From Gammaproteobacteria bacterium (lineage in GTDB: Bacteria; Pseudomonadota; Gammaproteobacteria; Eutrophobiales; Eutrophobiaceae), in contig CBDEUK010000002.1 of NCBI GenBank assembly GCA_965243205.1, positions 192,001 to 256,000 of the forward strand: DNA of 64,000 bases. The letters are read 5' to 3'. A program made the translations under genes and the position numbers. The notes beneath the pieces were generated by a model. It was not told the origin of the DNA. It saw only the letters and a program-made list of their open reading frames with translations, and made no database searches. Shown here in pieces: positions 39,329-48,742 of the stretch. Positions within the stretch are counted from its first letter, which is position 1. Every line of letters starts with the position of its first letter.

Positions 39329-40402
39329 ATGAAAAACAGTGATTTTATCTTTGTCGGTTGGGATATAGGTGGTGCTCACCTTAAACTAGCTGTGCTGAAT
39401 TATAATTCTGATTTGAGATTAGTTCAGCAATTTTCGACACCTATTTGGCAAGGTTTACAATATTTGGAAGAACAAATTAATTGGATTATAAACAATATTT
39501 TAAATAAATATGATCCAAAAAAATTGATTCATGCAGTTACAATGACGGCTGAGCTGTGTGATTTTTTCCAAAATAGAGAAGAAGGTGTTTCTCAAATATG
39601 TCAATTACTTACTCGCTTACTGTCAAATCAGAAAATATATTTTTATGCTGCTGAAAAAGGATTTGTTTTGCACAATGATATTGAGGCTGTTTTAAATAAT
39701 CTTGCATCATCAAATTGGCATGCAACTGCAAGTAATGTGGCTAAAATTTATGATCAAGGTTTGATGGTTGATATGGGAAGCACAACAACAGACATTATAC
39801 CGTTCAAGAATAAAAAATTAATAAATGAAGGTACATCAGATCATCAACGTTTAGGCAGCAATGAATTAATTTATACTGGGGTAGTTCGTACGCCCGTAAT
39901 GGCAATAACAGATCATGCTTATTATGAGCAAAAAAAATATGGCTTAATGGCAGAGTATTTTGCAACAATGGCTGATGTCTATCGTGTTTTAGGTTTATTA
40001 AACGAACAGGCAGATCAATCAAATACAGCAGACAGCAGAGATAAAACTAAACTCGATAGCATGTGTCGCTTAAGGAGAATGATTGGCTTAGATTATTCTG
40101 ATACGGAAAAAGAACAGAAAAATACCATAGAAATGGCATTGTATTTATCTGATATTCAAGCTTCAAAAATTACTACTGCAATTCAGGATATTCTTAAAAA
40201 GAATTTTTCAGAACAAAACGTAATCATTATTCGCGCAGGATGTGGAGTTGATATATTATCGAAAATATTACAATCATTAGCTGATAAACACGTATCATTT
40301 GAAAATATGCTAAACAGTAGCAATATCGAATCATATACTGCTAATACATGCGCTACCGCTATTTCAGTAGCAGAACTATCGAGATTAGAACATGCCAATT
40401 AA
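39329..40402 (+). CDS. Hydantoinase/oxoprolinase-family protein Orf9 (MfnF-like)
   Basis: GWDIGGAHLK, TMTAELCDFF..REEGV, ASSNWHA, DMGSTTTDIIP, YTGVVRTP, EYFATMAD. Confidence 0.9.
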   Translation: MKNSDFIFVGWDIGGAHLKLAVLNYNSDLRLVQQFSTPIWQGLQYLEEQINWIINNILNKYDPKKLIHAVTMTAELCDFFQNREEGVSQICQLLTRLLSNQKIYFYAAEKGFVLHNDIEAVLNNLASSNWHATASNVAKIYDQGLMVDMGSTTTDIIPFKNKKLINEGTSDHQRLGSNELIYTGVVRTPVMAITDHAYYEQKKYGLMAEYFATMADVYRVLGLLNEQADQSNTADSRDKTKLDSMCRLRRMIGLDYSDTEKEQKNTIEMALYLSDIQASKITTAIQDILKKNFSEQNVIIIRAGCGVDILSKILQSLADKHVSFENMLNSSNIESYTANTCATAISVAELSRLEHAN

Positions 40403-41756
40403 ACAGGTAGAGCTTCCTTATTATCGTGATACATCATTACTATTTTCTAATGTCGCTGATGAGCCTTGGAGTATCTTTTTGGATAGTGGGTATCCTTATA
40501 AAGATAATGGGCGCTATGATATTTTTTCATGTCGTCCTTATAAAACATTTTTAACCTATGGCGATGTAACAAAAATTCAATTCGATGATGAAAAAGTAGA
40601 GTCAAGTGATGATCCTTTTTCTTTAGTGAAGAATGAATTTAATCAGCATTATCTCAATCATACCGCGCTGCCATTTACAGGAGGGGCATTAGGTTATTTT
40701 TCCTATGACTTAGGTAGACGAATAGAAAAATTACCTGAGATTGCAAAACATGATGTGCTAATGCCTGATATGGCAATTGGTTTATACGATTGGGCTGTTA
40801 TAGTTGATCACCAATTGCGTCAATCTTGGCTGGTATCTCAAAACACTCAGACTATGTCAGAGCAAGAATGGGATGAGTTAGTTAATTTATTTCAAGAGCC
40901 AAAAAATAAAATTTTTAAACCTTTTAAATCGACATCAAATATCAATTCTAATTTTACCGAGTCTACTTATGCAGACGCGTTTAAAAAGATTAAACAATAT
41001 ATTATTGAAGGTGATTGTTACCAAGTTAATTTAGCCCAACGATTCGAAGTCAGTTGTGAAGGCCATGCTTGGTCTGCCTATCAATTATTACGCGAATTAA
41101 ATCCAGCCCCATTTGCATCGTATATGAATTTAGAAGATTGCAAAATTTTAAGTTCTTCTCCTGAGCGTTTTTTAAAAGTAAAAAACGATCTGGTTGAGAC
41201 AAAACCTATAAAGGGTACACGAAGACGTTCTGTCTTTGCTTATGAAGATACGGCGTTAGCTCAAGAATTATTAGAGAGTGAAAAAGATCGGGCTGAAAAT
41301 GTAATGATCGTTGATCTATTGCGTAATGATTTAGGAAAAACTTGTGAAGTTGGATCTATCTCGGTTCCTAAACTTTATAATTTAGAAAGTTATGCAACTG
41401 TTCATCACTTAGTAAGTACAGTGGTTGGTAGATTAGATAAAAACACACACTCGATTGATTTACTAAGGGGATGTTTTCCTGGAGGTTCTATTACGGGTGC
41501 ACCTAAACTTCGCTCAATGGAAATTATTGAAGAACTTGAACCAAACCGAAGAAATGTCTATTGCGGTAGTATTGGTTATATTGGTTTCGATGGAAATATG
41601 GATACTAATATCGCGATTCGAACCATTGTACATCATAATGATAAATTATATTGTTGGGCCGGTGGCGGAATAGTTCATGACTCAACCGTAAAGTCAGAGT
41701 ATCAAGAAAGTTTTGATAAAGCTGATGCTATGTTAAAAGTCTTTTCTGCAAAATAA
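40392..41756 (+). CDS. pabB: Aminodeoxychorismate synthase component I
   Basis: FLDSG...GRYDI, GYFSYDLG, GDCYQVNLAQRF, SSSPERF, KPIKGTR, AENVMIVDLLRND, PGGSITGAPK. Confidence 0.93.
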   Translation: MPIKQVELPYYRDTSLLFSNVADEPWSIFLDSGYPYKDNGRYDIFSCRPYKTFLTYGDVTKIQFDDEKVESSDDPFSLVKNEFNQHYLNHTALPFTGGALGYFSYDLGRRIEKLPEIAKHDVLMPDMAIGLYDWAVIVDHQLRQSWLVSQNTQTMSEQEWDELVNLFQEPKNKIFKPFKSTSNINSNFTESTYADAFKKIKQYIIEGDCYQVNLAQRFEVSCEGHAWSAYQLLRELNPAPFASYMNLEDCKILSSSPERFLKVKNDLVETKPIKGTRRRSVFAYEDTALAQELLESEKDRAENVMIVDLLRNDLGKTCEVGSISVPKLYNLESYATVHHLVSTVVGRLDKNTHSIDLLRGCFPGGSITGAPKLRSMEIIEELEPNRRNVYCGSIGYIGFDGNMDTNIAIRTIVHHNDKLYCWAGGGIVHDSTVKSEYQESFDKADAMLKVFSAK

Positions 41757-41766
41757 TATCTGAACT

Positions 41767-42348
41767 ATGAAAGTGATAAAGCTAGGTGGTAGCCTTATGA
41801 AAAAGGGCTTATTACAAAATTGGCTTAAGCAAATTGAAATACATGCAAAAGGACAGTGTGTGATATTACCAGGAGGTGGAGTGTTTGCTGATTTTATCAG
41901 AGAAGCACAAATAAAATGGGCTTTCGATGATCAAACAGCCCATCAAATGGCGTTGTTATCAATGGAGCAATATGCATATTATTGCCAGTCTTTAATTCCA
42001 TCAACAGTTCTTGCTCGAAATTGTGATGAAATTAATCGTGCTATAGAACAGGGTTTAATTCCTATTTGTATGGCATCTTCAGTATTTCATGATTCGAACC
42101 ATCTTGATGCAAGTTGGAATGTCAGTTCTGATAGTATTTCTATTCAGTTAGCGGTAGAACTAAATGCTGAAGCATTGTTATTTATTAAAAATATGCCTGA
42201 AAATGTTATAACGCCAATTAATAGCGAAGAATTGTTAGCGAATCAGCTTGTTGATAAAGCATTTGCAAATTATATAAATTCTTTAAATTGCCCCTACTAT
42301 TTTTTACCTGCTGCTGCACATCAGCAACTCAGTCATTTTTTCTCATAA
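41767..42348 (+). CDS. Amino-acid-kinase-family protein Orf21 (MfnE-like)
   Basis: VIKLGGSL, PGGGVFAD, AHQMALLSMEQYA, SWNVSSDSI, VDKAF. Confidence 0.87.
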   Translation: MKVIKLGGSLMKKGLLQNWLKQIEIHAKGQCVILPGGGVFADFIREAQIKWAFDDQTAHQMALLSMEQYAYYCQSLIPSTVLARNCDEINRAIEQGLIPICMASSVFHDSNHLDASWNVSSDSISIQLAVELNAEALLFIKNMPENVITPINSEELLANQLVDKAFANYINSLNCPYYFLPAAAHQQLSHFFS

Positions 42349-42547
42349 ACTTTAAATCATTGATTTTTAAATATTTGTTTTTGATCCTATCTATTATTTC
42401 CTAGTTCATTTTTGCATAATTTTTGCTTTGTACATATAAATAAGAAAATATCAAAAAAGGTGTTAAAGGATACTGCAGAGTTGCCGCTATAGAGACCGTA
42501 ACAAGATTAAATTCGTAATATAAAAGAAAGAAATCGAGAGAAAAATT

Positions 42548-43762
42548 ATGAGTAAATTTCTGACACAATTAAATATCAGAAAACAAATGTATTTATTAGC
42601 AGGGATAGCCGTGACTGGGAATGTTGTTTTACTGGTAGTTGCTACTATGAACGCTTTATCAGGAGCTTCATGGTCAACGATATTTCAAAATGTGAATTAT
42701 TTAATTGAACTGACATTTATTTTAATTTCAATTGCGTCAGTATGCGTTTTATCTCACATACTTGGAACACAGAATGCGCAACGTGCTGAAATGGTAGTTG
42801 GCGCCATGGGTGCATTGGCTAAAGGTGACCTGACTAAAAAAATAAGCATTGAAGGTAAAGATGAATTTGCTTGGATGTGTTGGGAATACACATGTGCTAG
42901 AAAAGGATTTACTGAAGTAGTGCAAAGTATTAAAGCTAATGCTTCTCAACTTGCAGCAGCAGCCGAAGAGCTTTCTACTATTACCGAGCAAAGTTCAAAA
43001 GGTGTCGTAAGACAACAAAGTGAAACTCAACAAGTTGCAACGGCTATGAATGAAATGTCTGCTACTGTACAAGAAGTAGCAAAGAATGCTGCAAGCGCTG
43101 CAACAGAAGCACAAGAAGCAGATCATCAGGCTAAGAATGGATATGATGTTGTGAATGAAACGGTTCAAACAATTAACTCACTTGCAACAGAAGTTAAAAA
43201 TACATCAGAAGTTATCGAGCGATTAAAAGGTGATAGCTTAAGTATTGGTGCAGTATTGGATGTCATTCGTGATATTGCTGAACAAACCAATTTATTAGCA
43301 TTGAATGCTGCAATTGAGGCCGCACGTGCAGGTGAGCAAGGACGTGGATTCGCAGTGGTCGCTGATGAAGTACGTACACTCGCTAGCCGTACACAACAAT
43401 CGACTCAAGAAATTAATGAAATGATTGAACGTTTGCAATCGGGTGCAAATGAAGCAGTATTAGTGATGGAACAAGGTACGACTAAAGCGGAGCATACCGT
43501 TGAACAAGCGAGTAAAGCTGGTGAGGCATTAGATAGCATTACTCAGGTTGTTGATAATATTAAAGCGATGAACATGCAAATAGCGAGTGCGGCAGATGAG
43601 CAAAGTGCTACAGCTGAGGAAATTAACCGTAATATTGTCAATATCAGTGAAGTAGCCGATGAAACTTCTAGTGGAGCTCAGCAAACGGCTAATGCAAGTG
43701 ATGAGTTAGCAAGATTAGCGGTAGATTTACAAGAGAAAGTAGATCGCTTCCAGATTTTGTAA
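42548..43762 (+). CDS. Methyl-accepting chemotaxis protein without periplasmic sensor domain
   Basis: Two TM helices, [41 protein letters not shown]. Confidence 0.95.
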   Translation: MSKFLTQLNIRKQMYLLAGIAVTGNVVLLVVATMNALSGASWSTIFQNVNYLIELTFILISIASVCVLSHILGTQNAQRAEMVVGAMGALAKGDLTKKISIEGKDEFAWMCWEYTCARKGFTEVVQSIKANASQLAAAAEELSTITEQSSKGVVRQQSETQQVATAMNEMSATVQEVAKNAASAATEAQEADHQAKNGYDVVNETVQTINSLATEVKNTSEVIERLKGDSLSIGAVLDVIRDIAEQTNLLALNAAIEAARAGEQGRGFAVVADEVRTLASRTQQSTQEINEMIERLQSGANEAVLVMEQGTTKAEHTVEQASKAGEALDSITQVVDNIKAMNMQIASAADEQSATAEEINRNIVNISEVADETSSGAQQTANASDELARLAVDLQEKVDRFQIL

Positions 43763-43789
43763 CTATCGTAGTTCATTTTTTTAAAACTA

Positions 43790-43819
43790 TAAAAGGCCCA
43801 TATTTTTATGGGCCTTTTA
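43790..43819. terminator. Bidirectional rho-independent terminator
   Basis: TAAAAGGCCCATA-TTTT-TATGGGCCTTTTA. Confidence 0.88.
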
Positions 43820-43830
43820 TTTTCAGGAAA

Positions 43831-43998
43831 TTAGTCTTTAGAGTAGGTAATATCCCTATTCTTATTATCTTCTTCAAATAAGTCTTTTGCAGCAAGTTCT
43901 CCAACATCTAATCCAAAGTCCAAAGCAATGCGGTAGCATTCGAATAAACGATTACTCATCGTGTCATTGACAGTTTCAAATGATTCGATCTTTTCCAT
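43831..43998 (-). CDS. Small hypothetical protein (55 aa; absent from the ORF track)
   Basis: MEKIESFETVNDTMSNRLFECYRIALDFGLDVGELAAKDLFEEDNKNRDITYSKD; SD-like GGGGAAAG upstream; ends just before the terminator. Confidence 0.6.
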   Translation of the reverse strand: MEKIESFETVNDTMSNRLFECYRIALDFGLDVGELAAKDLFEEDNKNRDITYSKD

Positions 43999-44038
43999 TT
44001 AACTTTCCCCCAAGACTGATCGTGTCATCTATAATTAA

Positions 44039-44156
44039 TGAGCAAACTCATCAGCGTAGTCTGCTCAAAATAAGAAGGCCTGGTATCCGGAAGAGGCTGG
44101 AGATACCAGGCAAGAGCCGAGATCCATCCCGGCTAGTACCCGCTAGGGTCACGGTA
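44039..44156 (-). ncRNA. Candidate structured RNA in the nrdB 3' region
   Basis: Four adjacent hairpins in a locally GC-rich stretch; two stems need G-U pairs that form only on the minus strand. Confidence 0.45.
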
Positions 44157-44187
44157 AATCGTTTTGGTCGATGCATATGAACTTGGT

Positions 44188-45441
44188 TTACCAAGTTAAT
44201 GCTCCACCAGTTTGATACTCAGTAACGCGAGTTTCAAAAAAGTTCTTTTCTTTACGTAAATTGGCTTGTTCGTCCAACCACGGTAGTGTTGCTTCAGCGC
44301 CTGGGAATGGTTTTTCCATTCCTAATTGGCCAGCACGACGGTTAGCAATAAAACGGAACTGGCCGATGTGCATTTCTGCGTTGTAGCCAAGGATCGGATC
44401 ACGTAATAAATAGTTTGCATAAGTTTCTTCAGCAGCTTCAGATTCTTCCCATAATTGGCGTACAGCTTTTGGATCCAAGGTGACGTTTTCCTCAAGCATA
44501 ATTTGTTTTACAACACGAATTCCAAATGAGGCATGCATGACTTCATCACGCATAATGTATTGCAATTGTTCTGCTGTACCTTTCATAAGATCACGACGCT
44601 GTAATGCGAAGATAGGGCTAAAGCCGTTATAGAACCAACAACCTTCAAAGATTGCAGCAAAGAATAAATACGATAAAACAAAGTTTTCTAATTCATCGCG
44701 GTCACGTAAATCGATATCAGAACGTAATACCGAATTTAAACGGCTATTCGCATATTGAATTTTTTGGTTGATTTCGGGGACCACACGGTAACGGTTATAG
44801 ATTTCACTTTGATCCAAACCAATAGTTTCAATACAGTGTTGATAAGTCCAAGTATGCAATGACTCTTCATATACTTGTCTAGCTTGATAAATTTGTAATT
44901 CAGGAGAAGCCATTTTTTCCATTACAGCCAAACCAATATTACGCATCGCTAAAATATCTGAAGTCGTTAAATACGCTAATACATTTTCATAAACATGGCG
45001 TTCTTCAAGAGTCAGTTTATGACGATAATCATGAACATCCTGAGCCATATTGATATCAAGTGGTGTCCAATGATTTTTATTGGCGTTTAAAAAATAATTC
45101 CAAGCCCAAGGATACTTAAATGGCGCTAATTGATTGATATCTGCCATACCATTGATAACTCGTTTGTCTTCAGGATTAACAGGTGCCATGCCAGTAAACG
45201 TCGGTGTTGTTTCGGTAATGTTTGTTTGCACTGATTCTTCAGGTTCTGAAACAATAGAATCTGTTTCTTCAGAATGAGTCAGATCAAGTATGCTCACATC
45301 ATGGTCATAGTTTTCTTCTTGAATAGCTTGTAAATCAATATCCGTTGATTGCTCAATGGTTGCTTGCATTAAAGGAGTAGCAGACTCTGTTGATTGTTTT
45401 GTAGTTATTGCACTTATAGGATCATCCCAATCAGATAGCAT
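44188..45441 (-). CDS. nrdB: Class Ia ribonucleotide reductase beta subunit
   Basis: LAPFKYPWAW, EESLHTWTY (radical Tyr present), FEGCWFY, RDEVMH, EKNFFETRVTEYQ. Confidence 0.95.
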   Translation of the reverse strand: MLSDWDDPISAITTKQSTESATPLMQATIEQSTDIDLQAIQEENYDHDVSILDLTHSEETDSIVSEPEESVQTNITETTPTFTGMAPVNPEDKRVINGMADINQLAPFKYPWAWNYFLNANKNHWTPLDINMAQDVHDYRHKLTLEERHVYENVLAYLTTSDILAMRNIGLAVMEKMASPELQIYQARQVYEESLHTWTYQHCIETIGLDQSEIYNRYRVVPEINQKIQYANSRLNSVLRSDIDLRDRDELENFVLSYLFFAAIFEGCWFYNGFSPIFALQRRDLMKGTAEQLQYIMRDEVMHASFGIRVVKQIMLEENVTLDPKAVRQLWEESEAAEETYANYLLRDPILGYNAEMHIGQFRFIANRRAGQLGMEKPFPGAEATLPWLDEQANLRKEKNFFETRVTEYQTGGALTW

Positions 45442-45485
45442 GATGTTTTTTTCCTCTTAATTATTCTTGTTTTATAGATACCGAG

Positions 45486-48347
45486 TTACTGACAAGCTTC
45501 ACAATCAGGGTCGAGTATTGAACACGCTTTAGGTGCTTCATCGATACTGTCGAGTTGTTCGTTTTGTGAAGTACTTTTCTCCATATGTGTTGCGCCTAAA
45601 GAACGTAAGTAATACGTGGTTTTTAATCCACGAATCCACGCTAACTTATATAAGTTATCGAGTTTCTTACCACTAGGTTCTGCCATATAAAGATTTAATG
45701 ATTGTGCTTGGTCGATCCACTTTTGACGACGAGAAGCACATTCGATTAGCCAACGCGCATCGATTTCAAATGCCGTAGCATAGATTTCTTTGATGTCTTC
45801 TGGGATACGATCGATTGATTGCACACTACCATCAAAGTATTTGAGATCGTTAACCATGACATCATCCCAAAGGTTGCGAGATTTTAAATCTTGAACCAAA
45901 TAAGGATTAACGACTGTGAACTCACCTGATAAATTCGATTTAACAAATAAATTTTGATAAGTCGGCTCAATGGATTGACTAACGCCACAAATATTAGAAA
46001 TAGTTGCGGTAGGCGCAATTGCCATGCAGTTAGAGTTGCGCATACCAATGGTTTTAACTTGGCGTCTTAAGCTTTCCCAGTCCAAGGTTTGCTCAGTATC
46101 CACATCAAGATAACCATCACGTCCTTCCTGTAATAAACGAATGGAGTCGATAGGTAAAACACCTTGGCTCCATAAGGAGCCACTGAAGGTAGTATAAGCA
46201 CCACGTTCTTTGGCTAAATCACTGGAAGCTTTAATCGCATAATAACTAACGGCTTCCATGCTGCTGTCTGAAAAACTAATGGCCTGTTCTGATGAATAGG
46301 CAATACGTAATCTATATAAGGCATCTTGGAAACCCATAATACCTAAGCCGATAGGACGATGACGTAAATTTGAACGACGTGCTTGAGGTACGCTGTAATA
46401 ATTGTAATCGATGACGTTATCCAACATACGAATTGCAGTGTTGATAGTTTGCTCGAGTTTTTCTTGGTTTAAACCATTTTCGTCAACGTGTTGGGCTAGA
46501 TTTACAGAGCCTAAGTTACATACTGCGATTTCTTCATCATTGGTATTAAGCGTGATCTCAGTACATAGGTTCGAAGAATGAACTACGCCACTGTGCTGTT
46601 GTGGCGAACGTAAGTTACATGGGTCTTTAAAGGTTACCCAAGGATGGCCTGTTTCGAATAACATCGATAACATCTTGCGCCATAACTCAACGGCTTTTAC
46701 TTGTTTAAAGCTACGAACCTCACCGCGTTCCGCTTTTGCTTCGTATTCCGTATAAACACGTTCAAATTCTTGGCCGTATATGTCATGTAACTCAGGTGTT
46801 TCATCTGGAGAGAATAAAGTCCAATCACTTTCTTCCACTACACGCTTCATGAATAAATCAGGAATCCAGTTAGCGGTGTTCATATCGTGAGTACGACGAC
46901 GGTCATCGCCAGTGTTTTTACGTAACTCAAGAAACTCTTCAATATCCAAATGCCAAGTTTCCAAATAAGCACACATAGCGCCTTTACGTTTACCGCCTTG
47001 GTTTACGGCAATAGCAGTGTCATTGGCAACTTTTAAGAACGGAACAACACCCTGAGATTTGCCATTAGTACCCTTAATGTGAGCTCCCATTGCGCGAACA
47101 CGACTCCAGTCATTACCTAAACCACCTGCATATTTTGATAATAAAGCATCATCACGAATTGAGTTGTAAATGCCGTTTAAATCATCAGGAATGGTAGTTA
47201 AGTAACAGCTGGATAATTGTGGGCGTAAGGTGCCTGAATTAAATAGAGTAGGGGTCGAACTCATGAAGTCGAATGATGATAATAATTCGTAGAACTCAAT
47301 TGCTCGTGACTCACGATCCATCTCATTAATTGCTAAGCCCATCGCAACACGCATGAAGAAGGCTTGTGGCAATTCAAAGCGAATTTCATCATGATGAATA
47401 AAATAGCGATCATATAAAGTTTGCAGACCAAGATAGGTAAACTGTTGGTCACGTTCGGGCTTTAGTGCTTTACCTAAGCGAACAAGATCATATTTGGTGA
47501 GTTCATTATCTAATAAAGAAATTTCAGCGGCTTTTTCAATGTAATCGAGAAAATAGCTAGAATATCGTTCAGACATTTCTGCCTGAGTTGCATAGACCAC
47601 ATTACCATCAATAAAGCTTAAAGCTTCCCGACGTAAGTTATCTAATAATAAGCCAGCTGCGACATAACTATAATTTGGTTCTTTTTCGATCAGAGTACGG
47701 GCACTCATGACCAGTGCAGGATTAATATCGAGCTCTTTGACACCATCGAATAAATTACGGAGAGCATCATCGAGGATCAGATCAACTTCCACGCGTTCAC
47801 GGCCTTCACAAGCTTCTGTTACAACGCTTCTCATACGGCTGATATCTAGGGGCTTTTTAGTACCGTCGAGACTGGTAAAAGAGATAGTATTCTCTGGTTG
47901 AACACTAGTCGCGCTATCAACGGGTGTTTGATCGGCTCGTAATCTAGCGCGTTCTTCACGGTAAATAACATAAGCACGGGCGACTTTTTGTTGGCTGCCA
48001 CGCATTAGGGCTAATTCGACTTGATCTTGAATGTCTTCGATATGGACAGTTCCACCACCAGGCATTCTACGAGTCAAAGCATTCACGACTTGTTTTGTAA
48101 GGCTTGCCACAGTTTCATGGATGCGAGTCGAAGCCGCAGCTGTACCACCTTCGACTTCTAAAAAAGCCTTAGTCATCGCAACACTGATTTTACTTGGATC
48201 AAAGCTAGTGACCTTGTTATTACGACGGATAACAAGATATTCGCCAGGTTGATGGGCAAGAAGCTCATCGTTATTTTGTGTTGGTTGTGAGACAGACGAT
48301 ACGCCAGAGTCGGCAATTGCGTCTTCAGATACTTCGTTGGCCTCCAT
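45486..48347 (-). CDS. nrdA: Class Ia ribonucleotide reductase alpha subunit with tandem ATP-cones
   Basis: STPTLFNSG, QLSSCYL, SNLCTEI, VCNLGS, IAPTATIS, KTTYYLR, C-terminal CEAC. Confidence 0.97.
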   Translation of the reverse strand: MEANEVSEDAIADSGVSSVSQPTQNNDELLAHQPGEYLVIRRNNKVTSFDPSKISVAMTKAFLEVEGGTAAASTRIHETVASLTKQVVNALTRRMPGGGTVHIEDIQDQVELALMRGSQQKVARAYVIYREERARLRADQTPVDSATSVQPENTISFTSLDGTKKPLDISRMRSVVTEACEGRERVEVDLILDDALRNLFDGVKELDINPALVMSARTLIEKEPNYSYVAAGLLLDNLRREALSFIDGNVVYATQAEMSERYSSYFLDYIEKAAEISLLDNELTKYDLVRLGKALKPERDQQFTYLGLQTLYDRYFIHHDEIRFELPQAFFMRVAMGLAINEMDRESRAIEFYELLSSFDFMSSTPTLFNSGTLRPQLSSCYLTTIPDDLNGIYNSIRDDALLSKYAGGLGNDWSRVRAMGAHIKGTNGKSQGVVPFLKVANDTAIAVNQGGKRKGAMCAYLETWHLDIEEFLELRKNTGDDRRRTHDMNTANWIPDLFMKRVVEESDWTLFSPDETPELHDIYGQEFERVYTEYEAKAERGEVRSFKQVKAVELWRKMLSMLFETGHPWVTFKDPCNLRSPQQHSGVVHSSNLCTEITLNTNDEEIAVCNLGSVNLAQHVDENGLNQEKLEQTINTAIRMLDNVIDYNYYSVPQARRSNLRHRPIGLGIMGFQDALYRLRIAYSSEQAISFSDSSMEAVSYYAIKASSDLAKERGAYTTFSGSLWSQGVLPIDSIRLLQEGRDGYLDVDTEQTLDWESLRRQVKTIGMRNSNCMAIAPTATISNICGVSQSIEPTYQNLFVKSNLSGEFTVVNPYLVQDLKSRNLWDDVMVNDLKYFDGSVQSIDRIPEDIKEIYATAFEIDARWLIECASRRQKWIDQAQSLNLYMAEPSGKKLDNLYKLAWIRGLKTTYYLRSLGATHMEKSTSQNEQLDSIDEAPKACSILDPDCEACQ

Positions 48348-48460
48348 TAACCCCTCCTAGATACTTTTAAAATAAGGAAAATCAATTAGAGTCATTTGCA
48401 AAGAGCTTTAGGTTTTATAGCAAAAGACTTGATTTATTTTAGTATGTTATAGATATAGCA

Positions 48461-48508
48461 CCACTACAAAATGTGGTCAAGGCGATATTAAAACACAAGA
48501 TGATGTGG
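48461..48508. promoter_or_regulatory. Tandem NrdR boxes upstream of nrdA
   Basis: CCACTACAAAATGTGG (48461-76) and ACACAAGATGATGTGG (48493-508) resemble acaCwAtATaTwGtgt; starts are 32 bp apart. Confidence 0.7.
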
Positions 48509-48537
48509 ATTGTCTTGTTAAATACCTAGGAATTAGC

Positions 48538-48546
48538 TGTGGATAA
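48538..48546 (-). promoter_or_regulatory. DnaA box upstream of nrdA
   Basis: Perfect TTATCCACA on the minus strand; DnaA control of nrdAB is established in E. coli. Confidence 0.6.
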
Positions 48547-48701
48547 ACTGGGAATAATTTAGGGCGAAAATTTGTAAAAAATGATCACAGTAGTTTCAAC
48601 TACTTAGCATTAAAGTTATGTGACAATTTGTAGAATTTACTTTAAGTCAGTGGAAAACGGTCGAAAATAGTGCAATTTTTTCAGCGAAAATAATTTGAAA
48701 A

Positions 48702-48723
48702 AAATGTGATCTAGTTCACTTTT
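48702..48723. promoter_or_regulatory. CRP/Vfr-like palindromic site
   Basis: AAATGTGATCTAGTTCACTTTT matches AAATGTGATCTAGATCACATTT at 20 of 22 positions. Confidence 0.5.
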
Positions 48724-48742
48724 TTTTCGATATCGGGTTTTT

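Noticed and set aside
44039-44067. Hammerhead ribozyme (CUGAUGAG on the minus strand)
   Set aside because: The required GAAA after stem II is absent (ATTAA follows) and the motif lies within a simple hairpin
43980-44180. 66-aa plus-strand ORF
   Set aside because: Antisense to the nrdB 3' structure and overlaps the better-supported minus-strand small ORF; an Arg/Pro-rich product of GC-rich hairpins
44188-45441. Class Ic/Ie or otherwise unusual RNR beta subunit
   Set aside because: The radical Tyr and Asp/Glu/His metal ligands are present; the acidic N-terminal extension resembles Pseudomonas-type NrdB
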